Below are positions 18,290-28,158 of a stretch of 64,000 nt of DNA, piece after piece. The stretch lies in the NCBI GenBank assembly GCA_902548405.1, contig CACCRN010000002.1, forward strand, positions 82,874 through 146,873, read 5' to 3'. A model generated the notes under the pieces. The model was not told where the DNA came from. It saw only the letters and a program-made list of their open reading frames with translations, and searched no databases. This DNA is from an uncultured Pelagibacteraceae bacterium (GTDB taxonomy: Bacteria > Pseudomonadota > Alphaproteobacteria > Pelagibacterales > Pelagibacteraceae). Made by a program: the position numbers and the translations under genes. Every line of letters starts with the position of its first letter. Position 1 is the first letter of the stretch.

Positions 18290-19851
18290 TATTTGAGTTT
18301 ACTCATTATAAGGTCTTTTGTTTCATTAACACCAAAAAAACTTATAAAAAATCCCATTCTTGGTCCATTTTCATCACCAAAAACCACCTCATAAATAAGT
18401 TTAAACCAATCTCTTAAATTTTCAGCATAACCATTTTCTTTTCCAGTAGAATAAATCAAAGTTTGGATTTCCTCTGGTGGCATCTGATCATTGCATTTTT
18501 CTAAAGTTGAAATTAAAGCCTCAAGAGCTTTTTTTTCATCTTCAGAAGGTGTTTTGTATTTTTTTTGAGACTTAATTACATCATTAAAATATTTAATTGC
18601 GTATCCTACTAATCCATCAAAAATTGGAAAGTTAGTTTCTTGAATATTTGGTTTGTATTTTTTTACAAATTTCCATAACAAATCTTTACTATCTGCATTA
18701 CTTGTTTCTACTAAGTTCAATAACATTGAAAAACTCATAATCATGTCCTCTTTTGGAATACTCCCATTGTGGACATGCCACACTGGATTCATTACTAATT
18801 GCTGCTCAGTCTGCTTTTTAGATTTTTCAATATTATCTAAATATTCATCTACTGCTTTTGGAACTATTTCTTTATAAAGTTTTTTAGCTCTTTTTGGATT
18901 TTGATACATATATAAAGATAAACTTTCTGGTGAAGCATACTTCAACCATTGATCAATAGTTATTCCATTACCTTTAGATTTTGAAATTTTCTCACCCTTT
19001 TCATCTAGAAAAAGTTCATATGCAAATCCTGATGGATTCTTTTTACCCAATAAATTGATGATTTTTGTAGATAAAATTGCGCTTTCAATCAAATCCTTAC
19101 CATACATTTCAAAATCAACATCTAAAGCAAACCATCTCATTGCCCAATCTACTTTCCATTGTAATTTACAATTCCCGTCTAAAATACTGCTCTCTAATTT
19201 ATTACCTTTATTATCGAATATTATTTTAGAATTAGACTGATCAATTTCTATAACAGGTATCTCCAAAACATGACCTGTGTCAGGACATACTGGTAAAAAA
19301 GGACTGTATGTTTTTTGTCTTTCTTTCCCAAGTGTTGGTAAAATAATATTCATTATTCCTTCATAATTTTCTAAAATGATTTTCAAAGTAGGATTAAAAA
19401 AACCTGCCTTGTACAAAGATGTGGAACTTTTAAAATTATATTTAAAATTAAAACTGTTTAAAAAATCCTTTAGCATTTCATTATTATGTTCTCCAAAACT
19501 ATTAAATTTTTGGAAAGGATCAGGTACTTGCGTTAAAGGTTTGTGAAGGTTTTGTTGCAACAATTCTTGGTTAGGAACATTATCTGGAACTTTTCTTAAG
19601 CCATCCATGTCATCTGAAAATGTAATAATTTCTGTTGGTAAATCTGTGAGTTGATTAAGTGCATTAACCATCATTGAAGTTCGTGCAACTTCTCCGAAAG
19701 TACCTATATGAGGTAATCCACTTGGACCATATCCTGTTTGGAGAGTAATCTTACCTTTTTTATCAATAAAAGCTTTTCTTTCACGAAGCATTTTTTTAGC
19801 TTCAACAAAAGGCCAAGCACTTGTCTTTTCTAGGACATCTTTTTTAATCAT
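18289..19851 (-). CDS. lysS: Class I lysyl-tRNA synthetase
   Basis: AWPF.EA, TGYGPSGLPHIGTFGEVART (HIGH-like), KISKSKGNG (KMSKS-like), GPRMG.F. Confidence 0.96.
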   Translation of the reverse strand: MIKKDVLEKTSAWPFVEAKKMLRERKAFIDKKGKITLQTGYGPSGLPHIGTFGEVARTSMMVNALNQLTDLPTEIITFSDDMDGLRKVPDNVPNQELLQQNLHKPLTQVPDPFQKFNSFGEHNNEMLKDFLNSFNFKYNFKSSTSLYKAGFFNPTLKIILENYEGIMNIILPTLGKERQKTYSPFLPVCPDTGHVLEIPVIEIDQSNSKIIFDNKGNKLESSILDGNCKLQWKVDWAMRWFALDVDFEMYGKDLIESAILSTKIINLLGKKNPSGFAYELFLDEKGEKISKSKGNGITIDQWLKYASPESLSLYMYQNPKRAKKLYKEIVPKAVDEYLDNIEKSKKQTEQQLVMNPVWHVHNGSIPKEDMIMSFSMLLNLVETSNADSKDLLWKFVKKYKPNIQETNFPIFDGLVGYAIKYFNDVIKSQKKYKTPSEDEKKALEALISTLEKCNDQMPPEEIQTLIYSTGKENGYAENLRDWFKLIYEVVFGDENGPRMGFFISFFGVNETKDLIMSKLK

Positions 19852-19938
19852 GAATTGCTCTTTTTAACCTTAAACTAGTGATTATATTAATTCTTATAGA
19901 GTTGAAATTTATTTACCATAAAATATTGTTCTTTCAAA

Positions 19939-21378
19939 ATGTCTAATTACAAAACTGTTTTTTTTACGCTTGGAATTCTGCAAATAATATTGGGTGTATC
20001 AATGTTCATCCCAATTATAGTACAATTCCTTTACTCAGAGATAGACTCATCTTTCTTTGGCTCATCTATTGTAACCATAATCTTTGGAACTTTATTTTTT
20101 TTATCAAATTTAGATCACGATAAAAAACTTAATCTACAACAAGCTTTCTTATTAACTGCCCTATCTTGGATTAGTATTGCAGTATTTGGATCTTTACCGT
20201 TTGTATTCTCTAGTATTGAACTTTCAATTACAGACTCTTTTTTTGAAAGTATGTCAGGAATTACTACAACTGGATCTACAATAATCTCAGATTTAGAGAA
20301 CGCACCAAAGGGTCTTCTTTTATGGAGAGCTATTTTACAATGGCTAGGTGGAATTGGAATAATTGTAATGGCGATTACTTTAATGCCTATAATGAATGTT
20401 GGAGGTATGCAATTATTTAAAATTTCAAGTAATGACTCTTCAGAAAAAATACTCCCTAAGTCAAAAGAAATAGCACTTAGATTAATTTATATTTACTCAG
20501 GATTAACAGGCCTTTGTGCAATCACTTATTGGATATTTGGTATGGGTAAATTTGACAGCTTAACCCACTCAATGACTACAATTGCTACTGGAGGCTTTTC
20601 TAACTACAACGAGTCAATTGGATACTTTAATAGTTTACCAATTGAGATTTCATCAATGTTTTTTATTATATTGGGAAGTATTCCTTTTATTGCTTACATT
20701 AAATTTATAAGTGGAAACAAAAAAATTTTTTTAAATGATATTCAAATCAAAACCTTTTTAAAAATTATAATATTCACTGTTATAATTTTATCTATTTACT
20801 TATTATTTTCTAACCAAGAAAACTTTAGTTTAAGATCAATATTTTTTAATACTATATCAATCCTGAGTGGTACTGGTTATGTAAACGCAGAATTTGATAA
20901 ATGGGGCAGTTTTCCTATAACTCTGTTTCTTGCTTTGATGTTTATAGGTGGATGCGCGGGTTCTACAGCTTGTGGTGTAAAAATATTTAGAATTCAAATT
21001 CTTTATTTATTTATTCTAAACCAATTAAAAAAAATAATTTATCCTAAAGGGGTATTTGTAATTAAGTATGATCAAAGCGCAGTTGATGAAAAGTTTATAG
21101 CTTCAATTATTTCATTTATTTATTTTTATATCGTAATATTTTTCATTCTTACTGCATTGTTATCATTAACTGGTTTAGATTTTATTACAGCTATCTCGGG
21201 TGCCGCTACATCTATTTCAAATGTTGGACCTGGTCTTGGTCCAATAATTGGCCCCAATGGAGATTTTTCTGCGTTACCAGACCTTTCTAAATGGATTTTA
21301 ACAGTTGGTATGATTTTAGGTAGACTTGAGCTATTTGCAATATTAGTATTATTTTTACCATCATTTTGGAAAAATTAA
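19939..21378 (+). CDS. trkH: Trk potassium uptake permease
   Basis: FESMSGITTTGST, WR..LQWLGG.GIIV, ATGGFS, GGCAGSTA.G.K..R, N.GPG, M.LGRLE. Confidence 0.96.
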   Translation: MSNYKTVFFTLGILQIILGVSMFIPIIVQFLYSEIDSSFFGSSIVTIIFGTLFFLSNLDHDKKLNLQQAFLLTALSWISIAVFGSLPFVFSSIELSITDSFFESMSGITTTGSTIISDLENAPKGLLLWRAILQWLGGIGIIVMAITLMPIMNVGGMQLFKISSNDSSEKILPKSKEIALRLIYIYSGLTGLCAITYWIFGMGKFDSLTHSMTTIATGGFSNYNESIGYFNSLPIEISSMFFIILGSIPFIAYIKFISGNKKIFLNDIQIKTFLKIIIFTVIILSIYLLFSNQENFSLRSIFFNTISILSGTGYVNAEFDKWGSFPITLFLALMFIGGCAGSTACGVKIFRIQILYLFILNQLKKIIYPKGVFVIKYDQSAVDEKFIASIISFIYFYIVIFFILTALLSLTGLDFITAISGAATSISNVGPGLGPIIGPNGDFSALPDLSKWILTVGMILGRLELFAILVLFLPSFWKN

Positions 21379-21380
21379 TT

Positions 21381-22757
21381 ATGTCTGAAATAAAAAAAAC
21401 ATCCTGGTTAGAGTCGATTTCAGTTTACAAAGATATTCGGATGCTAAGAATTTTATTACTTGGTGCAATCAGTGGATTTCCATGGGTCTTGATTGCTAGT
21501 AGTTTAAGTCTTTGGTTAAAAGAAGAAGGATTAAGTAGATCTACTATTGGATGGGCAGGACTTATTTTTGGAGTTTATGCTTTTAATTATCTTTGGGCAC
21601 CAATTATAGATAGAATTCAAATTCCTTTCCTAACTAAAAAATTAGGTCACCGAAGAGGTTGGATTGTTTTAATGCAATTAGTAATTCTATTAAGTTTACT
21701 AGTTTGGAGTATTATAAATCCTACAGAAAATTTAGCGTTGATAATTACAATTGGATTAATCATCGCTATAGCATCAGCAACTCAAGATATAACGGTAGAT
21801 GCATTAAGAATTGAACAAATTAATGAAAATGAGGGAAAATCAATGGCAGCAGGTGCTGCAATGGCTGTGGTTGGTTGGTGGACAGGTTACAAATTAGGTG
21901 GTGTAGTTGCTTTATTTACTGCGGAGTTCTTTGAAAATATTGGTATCCAAGATTACTGGCAAGTAACTTTTTTAATATTAGGTGTTCTAATTATTTTAAT
22001 GAATATTGCTCTAATGTTTGTTCATGAACCAGTAGAAACTGACAGACAATCAAAGCAAAAGGAAACTGATAATCTAATTAAAGGTAAACTAGGATCTAAC
22101 AATATTATTACAACTTTTGTTGCCTATATAACTGGAACAATTGGTGGGCCCATTATTAGCTTCTTCAAAAAAAATGGTTTTGCCATAGCAGCTGGAATTT
22201 TAGGATTTGTCTTTTTGTTTAAAATTGGAGAAGCATTCATGGGTAGAATGTCGATTGTATTTTATAAAGAAATAGGCTTTTCAAAAGGACAAATAGCAAT
22301 CTATTCAAAAGGATTGGGTTGGATCACAACTGTCGTATTTACTTTAATTGGTGGCGTAATGGCCATGAGGGCTGGAACTATAAAAACTATGTTCTTTGCA
22401 GGAGGTTTAATGGCGGTTACAAATCTGTTATTTGCTGTCTTAGCATGGACTGGTAAATCTGAACTATTATTTGCAATAGCAGTTATTGCTGACGATATTA
22501 CTGCAGCTTTTGCAACTGTTGCATTTGTAGCATTTATATCTTTACTGGTTGATCGAACATATACAGCAACACAATACGCATTACTTGCGTCTATAGGGAC
22601 TGCTGGGAGGACAACTTTAGCATCATCATCAGGAGCTTTAGTAGATTGGTTAAACGGAGATTGGGGAACATTTTTTGTCTTAACAACTATTATGGTTATT
22701 CCTTCACTAATATGCCTATGGATGATAAAAAATAAAATTAAAATTGGTGCAAAATAA
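21381..22757 (+). CDS. ampG: AmpG-family muropeptide MFS permease
   Basis: LG..SGFP, WAP.ID, GHRRGW, SATQDI.VDA.RIE, ATQYALL.S. Confidence 0.88.
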   Translation: MSEIKKTSWLESISVYKDIRMLRILLLGAISGFPWVLIASSLSLWLKEEGLSRSTIGWAGLIFGVYAFNYLWAPIIDRIQIPFLTKKLGHRRGWIVLMQLVILLSLLVWSIINPTENLALIITIGLIIAIASATQDITVDALRIEQINENEGKSMAAGAAMAVVGWWTGYKLGGVVALFTAEFFENIGIQDYWQVTFLILGVLIILMNIALMFVHEPVETDRQSKQKETDNLIKGKLGSNNIITTFVAYITGTIGGPIISFFKKNGFAIAAGILGFVFLFKIGEAFMGRMSIVFYKEIGFSKGQIAIYSKGLGWITTVVFTLIGGVMAMRAGTIKTMFFAGGLMAVTNLLFAVLAWTGKSELLFAIAVIADDITAAFATVAFVAFISLLVDRTYTATQYALLASIGTAGRTTLASSSGALVDWLNGDWGTFFVLTTIMVIPSLICLWMIKNKIKIGAK

Positions 22758-23490
22758 ATTTTATTTTACAGGTAGTTTTTCTAATATTTATAAGAAATCC
22801 TCTAAATTTTCAGAAGTAACCTCACAAATATTGTATGGAGAAAAATTTAAAATTTTATCTAAAACTAAAAATTGGATAAAAATAAAATCTAGTTTTGATA
22901 ATTATACTGGGTACATTCAAAATAAAAAATATTCAAAAGAATTTAAAGCTAATTATAAGGTAAGTAGTTTAAAAGCAAATATCTATAAAAAACCGAATTT
23001 AAAAACTAATACTTTTCTGTCTTTTGGATCAAAATTATCAGTTAAAGAAACTAATAAAAATTTTGCCAGAATTGATAAAAATAAATGGATTAAAAAAAAA
23101 GATATAAAAAAAATAAATTATAAAGAAAACAACTTTATTAAAATCTTTAAACAATTTTTGAACATAAAATACATCTGGGGTGGAAAAAGTTACGGGGGAA
23201 TAGATTGCTCAGCCCTATTACAAATATTTTACTATTATAATAATAAGTTTTTTCCTCGAGATACCAAAGATCAAATTAAATATTTAAAAGGAAACATAAA
23301 AAGAAATTATCAAAAGGGAGATATCATTTTTTGGAAAGGGCATGTCGCAATGTGTTTAAATTCCAAGCAATTAATACATGCATATGGACCTGAAAAGAAA
23401 GTATTGATCATGCCTATAATTAAGACAATTAGAAGAATTGAAAATACAGCAAAACTTAAGGTTAAAAAAATAGCTAAAATTAAAATTTAG
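22744..23490 (+). CDS. SH3 + NlpC/P60 (C40) peptidoglycan peptidase
   Basis: SQ.LYGE.F and D.Y.GY (SH3b), Y.WGG....GIDCSAL.Q, PRDT.DQ, FWKGHVA, IHA. Confidence 0.9.
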   Translation: MVQNKFYFTGSFSNIYKKSSKFSEVTSQILYGEKFKILSKTKNWIKIKSSFDNYTGYIQNKKYSKEFKANYKVSSLKANIYKKPNLKTNTFLSFGSKLSVKETNKNFARIDKNKWIKKKDIKKINYKENNFIKIFKQFLNIKYIWGGKSYGGIDCSALLQIFYYYNNKFFPRDTKDQIKYLKGNIKRNYQKGDIIFWKGHVAMCLNSKQLIHAYGPEKKVLIMPIIKTIRRIENTAKLKVKKIAKIKI

Positions 23491-24383
23491 CTTCTTCCAA
23501 AATCTGGCTTATTAATATCTTGTTTGAGTTTGATTATTTTTGATCTGACTTTTTTAGTTTCAGTAAGCTTGTTAATAATAGATTTATTATTTTTTGAATT
23601 AATATCAGATTTAAATGATTTTAAATTTTTAATAAATAAATCAATAGCATTTGAAATATTTTTATTGTTATTGAAAAAAATATCTCTCCACATAATCTCA
23701 TTAGAAGCTGCTATTCTTGAAAAATCTCTTAGTCCTCCTGCGCTATATTTGATTAAATCATAGCTTTGTTTTTTCTCAAAATCTTGAGCTGACTTAACTA
23801 AATTATATGCAATTAAGTGGGGCAAATGACTAGTTATTGAAAAAATTTTGTCATGTTTTTCTGGTGACATGATTGTTACTTTTGATCCAATCTTCTCCCA
23901 AAATTTTTTCAGAAAATTTAAATTTTTTTTAATTGTATTTTTTTCTTTAATTAAAATACACCATCTACCCTCGAACATGTTACTCTTTCCGTGCTGTGGT
24001 CCACTTACTTCAGAACCAGCAATTGGGTGACTGGAAGTCCATGCAATTCCTTTTTTTAAAAATTTTTTTATTATTTTTGATGATTCAATTTTTGAAGAGC
24101 CAACATCAGTAATTAATGTGTTAGGAGAAATATAATTATTTATTTTCATAATAATATTTTTGTATTCACTCATAGGTGTACAAAAAATAATAAAATTAGA
24201 TTTTGTTACAGCTTCTTTTAATGAACTAACTACTTTTCCAGGTAATTTAAGATTTTTAATTCTTGATATATTCTTTTTTGACTTTTCATAAATATATACC
24301 TTATCTGCTAATTTATTTTTGTGTATAGATCTTAAAACTGAAGATCCGAGTAAACCACAACCTATTATTAAAATATTTTTCAT
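23487..24383 (-). CDS. tyrA: Prephenate/arogenate (cyclohexadienyl) dehydrogenase
   Basis: G.GLLGSS, TDVGS.K, HPIAGSE.SG, HD..FS.TSHLPHLIAY, AGG.RDFSRIAAS...MWRDIF. Confidence 0.93.
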   Translation of the reverse strand: MKNILIIGCGLLGSSVLRSIHKNKLADKVYIYEKSKKNISRIKNLKLPGKVVSSLKEAVTKSNFIIFCTPMSEYKNIIMKINNYISPNTLITDVGSSKIESSKIIKKFLKKGIAWTSSHPIAGSEVSGPQHGKSNMFEGRWCILIKEKNTIKKNLNFLKKFWEKIGSKVTIMSPEKHDKIFSITSHLPHLIAYNLVKSAQDFEKKQSYDLIKYSAGGLRDFSRIAASNEIMWRDIFFNNNKNISNAIDLFIKNLKSFKSDINSKNNKSIINKLTETKKVRSKIIKLKQDINKPDFGRS

Positions 24384-25466
24384 TTAATTAAAAATCTTTC
24401 TTACTGCATTCATGAATATTAAATTTTCTCTAGATGAGCCAATAGTTAATCTCAATTTGTTTTTAATATGATAACCATCTTCAGTAGATCGTAATATAAT
24501 TCCTTTATTTTTTAATTTTTGGTAAAGAAAATTTGCTGAATATTTACAGTCATCAAAATTTAATAGTAAAAAATTTGCCGATACAGCGTTTGAAAAAATA
24601 TTATATTTTTCGAGAAATTTTTTTAGTCTATTTGCATAATTTAAATTATGTCTAATTGACTTTTGAATGAATTGCTTATCCTTCAAAGACTCTGCGGCCG
24701 CAACTTGAGCCAAACCATTTACATTAAAAGGTGGTTTAATAACATTTAACGCTCTAATTATCTGTTTCGATCCATATCCCCAGCCAATTCTTAATGATGC
24801 CAAACCAAACATTTTAGAAAATGTTCTCAATATAAATACATTGTCTTTATTTTTAAATAATTCTAAACCAGAGCTGTAATCATCATTTTTCATATATTCT
24901 GAGTAAGCATCATCAATTACTAATAAAATATTTCTATTCAACTTTCTTCTAAGTTCTAATGTCTCTTTTTTAGTTAAATATGTTCCTGTTGGATTATTTG
25001 GATTTGCAATAAAAACTATTTTGGTTTTCTTAGATACTTTTTTCAATATTTCTTCAATTGAAACTTTAAAATTATTTTCTTTTGCAAATACAACTTTTGC
25101 ACCAACAATTTTTGCATAAATCCTGTACATTAAAAAACTATATTGAGGAACAATCACTTCATCATTTGGATGTAGATATAATTGACATAACATTTGAATT
25201 ACCTCGTCAGAACCTGCTCCACATATTATTTTATCGAAATTGCATTTATATGCCTTAGATATTGCCATTTTAAGATTGGTAGATTTTCCATCTGGATATT
25301 TATCTAATACTAAATTTTTTTGAAATATTGCTTTCTTTGCTAACGGGCTCATCCCTAGAGCAGACTCGTTAGCTGATAATTTAATGACCTTTTTAATTTT
25401 GTTAATTTTAGATTTGCCAGGCTTATAAGCTTCTATGTTAAATTTTTTAAATTTAGGTGTGTTCAT
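24384..25466 (-). CDS. hisC: Histidinol-phosphate aminotransferase
   Basis: KLSANE, YPD, G.GSDE, ANPNNPTG, D.AY.EY, RTFSK.FGLA.LRIGW; hisC-tyrA pairing. Confidence 0.95.
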   Translation of the reverse strand: MNTPKFKKFNIEAYKPGKSKINKIKKVIKLSANESALGMSPLAKKAIFQKNLVLDKYPDGKSTNLKMAISKAYKCNFDKIICGAGSDEVIQMLCQLYLHPNDEVIVPQYSFLMYRIYAKIVGAKVVFAKENNFKVSIEEILKKVSKKTKIVFIANPNNPTGTYLTKKETLELRRKLNRNILLVIDDAYSEYMKNDDYSSGLELFKNKDNVFILRTFSKMFGLASLRIGWGYGSKQIIRALNVIKPPFNVNGLAQVAAAESLKDKQFIQKSIRHNLNYANRLKKFLEKYNIFSNAVSANFLLLNFDDCKYSANFLYQKLKNKGIILRSTEDGYHIKNKLRLTIGSSRENLIFMNAVRKIFN

Positions 25467-25539
25467 TTTTTTATTTTTATGAGCTCTTTATAGATAAAAA
25501 AACAAATATTTATAGAGAATATGATCTTATTTTAAAAAA

Positions 25540-25568
25540 TTGACATAAATTGCAAGTTCTTGTACAAA
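25540..25568 (+). promoter_or_regulatory. Putative promoter of the metX leader
   Basis: TTGACA (25540-25545), 17 nt, TACAAA (25563-25568); predicted start near 25574-25575 coincides with the riboswitch 5' end. Confidence 0.6.
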
Positions 25569-25573
25569 ATTTA

Positions 25574-25622
25574 TGCGCTGATTTAACTGAATTGCGAGCG
25601 CTTAAAAAAAACCGCTAAAATA
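25574..25622 (+). ncRNA. SAM-II riboswitch
   Basis: GCGCTGATTTAACTGAATTGCGAGCGC...CGCTAAAA: P1 GCGCT/AGCGC, conserved GATTT, pseudoknot TTGCG/CGC(T)AA; upstream of metX. Confidence 0.92.
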
Positions 25623-25657
25623 GTTTTTTTTCTCACAATTCATCTAAAGGCCTTAAA

Positions 25658-26788
25658 ATGAATACAAAAAAAAATATTAATACACTAATTATAAAAAAAC
25701 CTCTTAAATTGGATTGTGGTAAAACTATAAATAATTTTCCAATTGCATTCGAAACTTATGGGTCTTTAAATGAAAATAAAGACAATGCTATATTAGTATT
25801 TCATGCACTAACTGGAGATCAATTTGTAACTGGTTTAAATCCTGTTACTAAAAAAGACGGTTGGTGGAGTTTTGCTGTAGGTCCAGACAAAGCAATAGAT
25901 ACCAATAAATATTTTGTTATTTGTTCAAATGTAATTGGTGGATGTATGGGATCTTATGGACCAAGCCGTAAAGATCCTGAAACACAGAAAACTTTTGGAA
26001 CTGATTTTCCAGTTATTACAATTAATGACATGGTGAATGCACAATATAATTTACTTGAACACTTTGGAATTGATAAACTATTTGCAATTACCGGAGGTTC
26101 CATGGGAGGTATGCAAGTTCTTCAATTTATCACCAACTTTCCTGATAAAGCTAAAACTGTTATACCCATTGCTACAACCTCAAGTCATTCAGCACAAAAT
26201 ATTGCTTTCAATGAACTAGGAAGACAAGCAATCACTGCTGACAGCGATTGGAAAGATGGAAATTATGAAGCTAATAACACCAACCCAGGTAAAGGACTTG
26301 CTGTTGCAAGAATGGCAGCTCATATAACTTATCTCTCAAAAAAAGGTTTGCAGGAAAAGTTTGGGAGAAAATTGCAAGAAAGAGAAGATTTGAAATTTGG
26401 TTTTGATGCAGATTTTCAAATTGAGAGTTATTTGAGATACCAAGGATCTGTGTTTGTAGATAGATTTGATGCAAACAGTTACCTCTACATAACTAGGGCT
26501 ATGGATTATTTTGATTTAGTTAAACAATTTAATGGAAATTTGTCTGATGCATTTAAAAATACAAAAGCTAAATTTTTTGTTATTTCCTTTACTTCTGATT
26601 GGCTTTATCCAACCCAAGAAAATAAAGATATTGTTATAGCTTTAAATTCTATTGGAGCAGATGTTGGTTTTGTAGAAATTGTATCTGATAAAGGTCACGA
26701 CTCTTTTTTATTAGATGTACCCGATTTTTTAAATGCTCTGAAGAATTTCTTAGACAAATCTTATATAGAATTAAAAAATGAAAAATGA
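25658..26788 (+). CDS. metX: Homoserine O-acyltransferase MetX
   Basis: HALTGD, NVIGGC.GS.GP, GGSMGGMQ, ARM.AHITY, RFDANSY, GHDSFLL. Confidence 0.97.
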   Translation: MNTKKNINTLIIKKPLKLDCGKTINNFPIAFETYGSLNENKDNAILVFHALTGDQFVTGLNPVTKKDGWWSFAVGPDKAIDTNKYFVICSNVIGGCMGSYGPSRKDPETQKTFGTDFPVITINDMVNAQYNLLEHFGIDKLFAITGGSMGGMQVLQFITNFPDKAKTVIPIATTSSHSAQNIAFNELGRQAITADSDWKDGNYEANNTNPGKGLAVARMAAHITYLSKKGLQEKFGRKLQEREDLKFGFDADFQIESYLRYQGSVFVDRFDANSYLYITRAMDYFDLVKQFNGNLSDAFKNTKAKFFVISFTSDWLYPTQENKDIVIALNSIGADVGFVEIVSDKGHDSFLLDVPDFLNALKNFLDKSYIELKNEK

Positions 26789-27374
26789 ATTTAAAGTAAT
26801 ATCAGATTTAATTGAGGATAATAAAAAAGTTTTAGATGTAGGTTGTGCAGATGGAACTTTGATGCAATTTTTAAAAGAACATAAAAATATAAATGTAAGA
26901 GGGCTAGAAATTTCTAAGGAAAAAGTACAAGAATGTATTGCAAAAGGATTAACTGTAATAGAAGGTAACGCAGAGAAAGACTTAAAACAATTTCCTGATA
27001 AATCGTTTGACTATGTAGTATTGAGTCAAACACTCCAAGCATTTTTAAGCCCTGAAATTGTTTTAGATGAACTTTTAAGAGTTGGAAAAAAAGCAATTGT
27101 AACGATACCAAATTTTGGTAATTGGCAAGTTAGATTGCATCTATTATTTAAGGGCACAATGCCAATAACAAAATCTTTACCAGAACAATGGCACAGTACA
27201 CCTAATTTACATATGTGCACAATTAAAGATTTTGTAAATTTTATAAAATTTAAAGAAATTAAAATGATAAAAACTTTAGCTTTAAATAGTAACAACACTT
27301 CAAATATAACAAATAGTAATTTAGGAACTAAAAATTTATTTGCTGATCTTGGAATATTTTTAATAGAAAAATAA
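26778..27374 (+). CDS. metW: Methionine biosynthesis protein MetW
   Basis: VLDVGC.DG.L, FDYV.LSQTLQA, PNFG.W..R, W..TPN.H.CTI.DF; follows metX. Confidence 0.95.
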   Translation: MKNEFKVISDLIEDNKKVLDVGCADGTLMQFLKEHKNINVRGLEISKEKVQECIAKGLTVIEGNAEKDLKQFPDKSFDYVVLSQTLQAFLSPEIVLDELLRVGKKAIVTIPNFGNWQVRLHLLFKGTMPITKSLPEQWHSTPNLHMCTIKDFVNFIKFKEIKMIKTLALNSNNTSNITNSNLGTKNLFADLGIFLIEK

Positions 27375-28094
27375 ATGAAAGTTGAAATTATACCGTGCCT
27401 ACAAGATAATTATAGTTATTTAATTATTGATAATGAAAAACAGGAAGCATGTGTTGTTGATCCAAGTGAAGCTAAACCAATAATCAATTACTTAAAAGAT
27501 AAAAATATTAAATTAAAATATATCTTAAATACTCATCATCATTATGATCATGTTGGGGGTAATACTGAATTAAAAAAAAAATTTGGATCTGTTGTTTTAG
27601 GATTTAATGGAGATGCAAAAAGGATACCAGAGATTGATATCTTGTTAAAAGATAATGAAATTTGGAATAGCGGAAATTTTAAAGCTAAAATTATTCATAT
27701 CCCTGGACACACAACAGGACATATTTGTTTTTATTTTTTTGAAGAAAACCTACTATTCACTGGAGATACTCTCTTCTCACTTGGATGTGGTAGAATTTTT
27801 GAGGGTACATATGAACAAATGTATAACTCTTTAAGTAAATTAAAATCTTTACCTAAAGAAACAAAAATCTATTGTGGCCATGAATATACTTTAAATAATT
27901 CAAAATTCTGCTTGAAACATGATTCTGAAAACTCTTCTTTGTTAAAGAAAATAGAATTTATAAAACAACAAAGAAATAATAATTTACCTACTATTCCATC
28001 AACCTTACAAGATGAAATTGATTGTAATATTTTTTTAAGAGCTAATGACCTAAAATCCTTTTCAAAATTAAGGGATTTAAAGGATAATTTCTAA
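27375..28094 (+). CDS. gloB: Hydroxyacylglutathione hydrolase (glyoxalase II)
   Basis: L.DNY.Y, THHH.DHVGG, PGHT.GH, FTGDTLFS.GCGR.FEG, CGHEYT..N. Confidence 0.94.
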   Translation: MKVEIIPCLQDNYSYLIIDNEKQEACVVDPSEAKPIINYLKDKNIKLKYILNTHHHYDHVGGNTELKKKFGSVVLGFNGDAKRIPEIDILLKDNEIWNSGNFKAKIIHIPGHTTGHICFYFFEENLLFTGDTLFSLGCGRIFEGTYEQMYNSLSKLKSLPKETKIYCGHEYTLNNSKFCLKHDSENSSLLKKIEFIKQQRNNNLPTIPSTLQDEIDCNIFLRANDLKSFSKLRDLKDNF

Positions 28095-28103
28095 CTAATT
28101 CAG

Positions 28104-28137
28104 CTTGACTATAGGCTTCCGGTAACTATATTGCGGT
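28104..28137 (+). promoter_or_regulatory. Putative RpoD promoter of the rplU-rpmA-obgE operon with a GC-rich discriminator
   Basis: CTTGAC (28104-28109), 16 nt, CTATAT (28126-28131), then TGCGG. Confidence 0.65.
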
Positions 28138-28158
28138 TACTTAAATTATATTCATACT

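Noticed and set aside
18289-19851. Class I (archaeal-type) LysRS as a sign of horizontal transfer
   Set aside because: Class I LysRS is well known and widespread in Alphaproteobacteria
28122-28140. GTAAC/GTTAC inverted repeat upstream of rplU as an L21 leader RNA
   Set aside because: Only 5 bp and it spans the predicted -10 element, so most of it would not be transcribed
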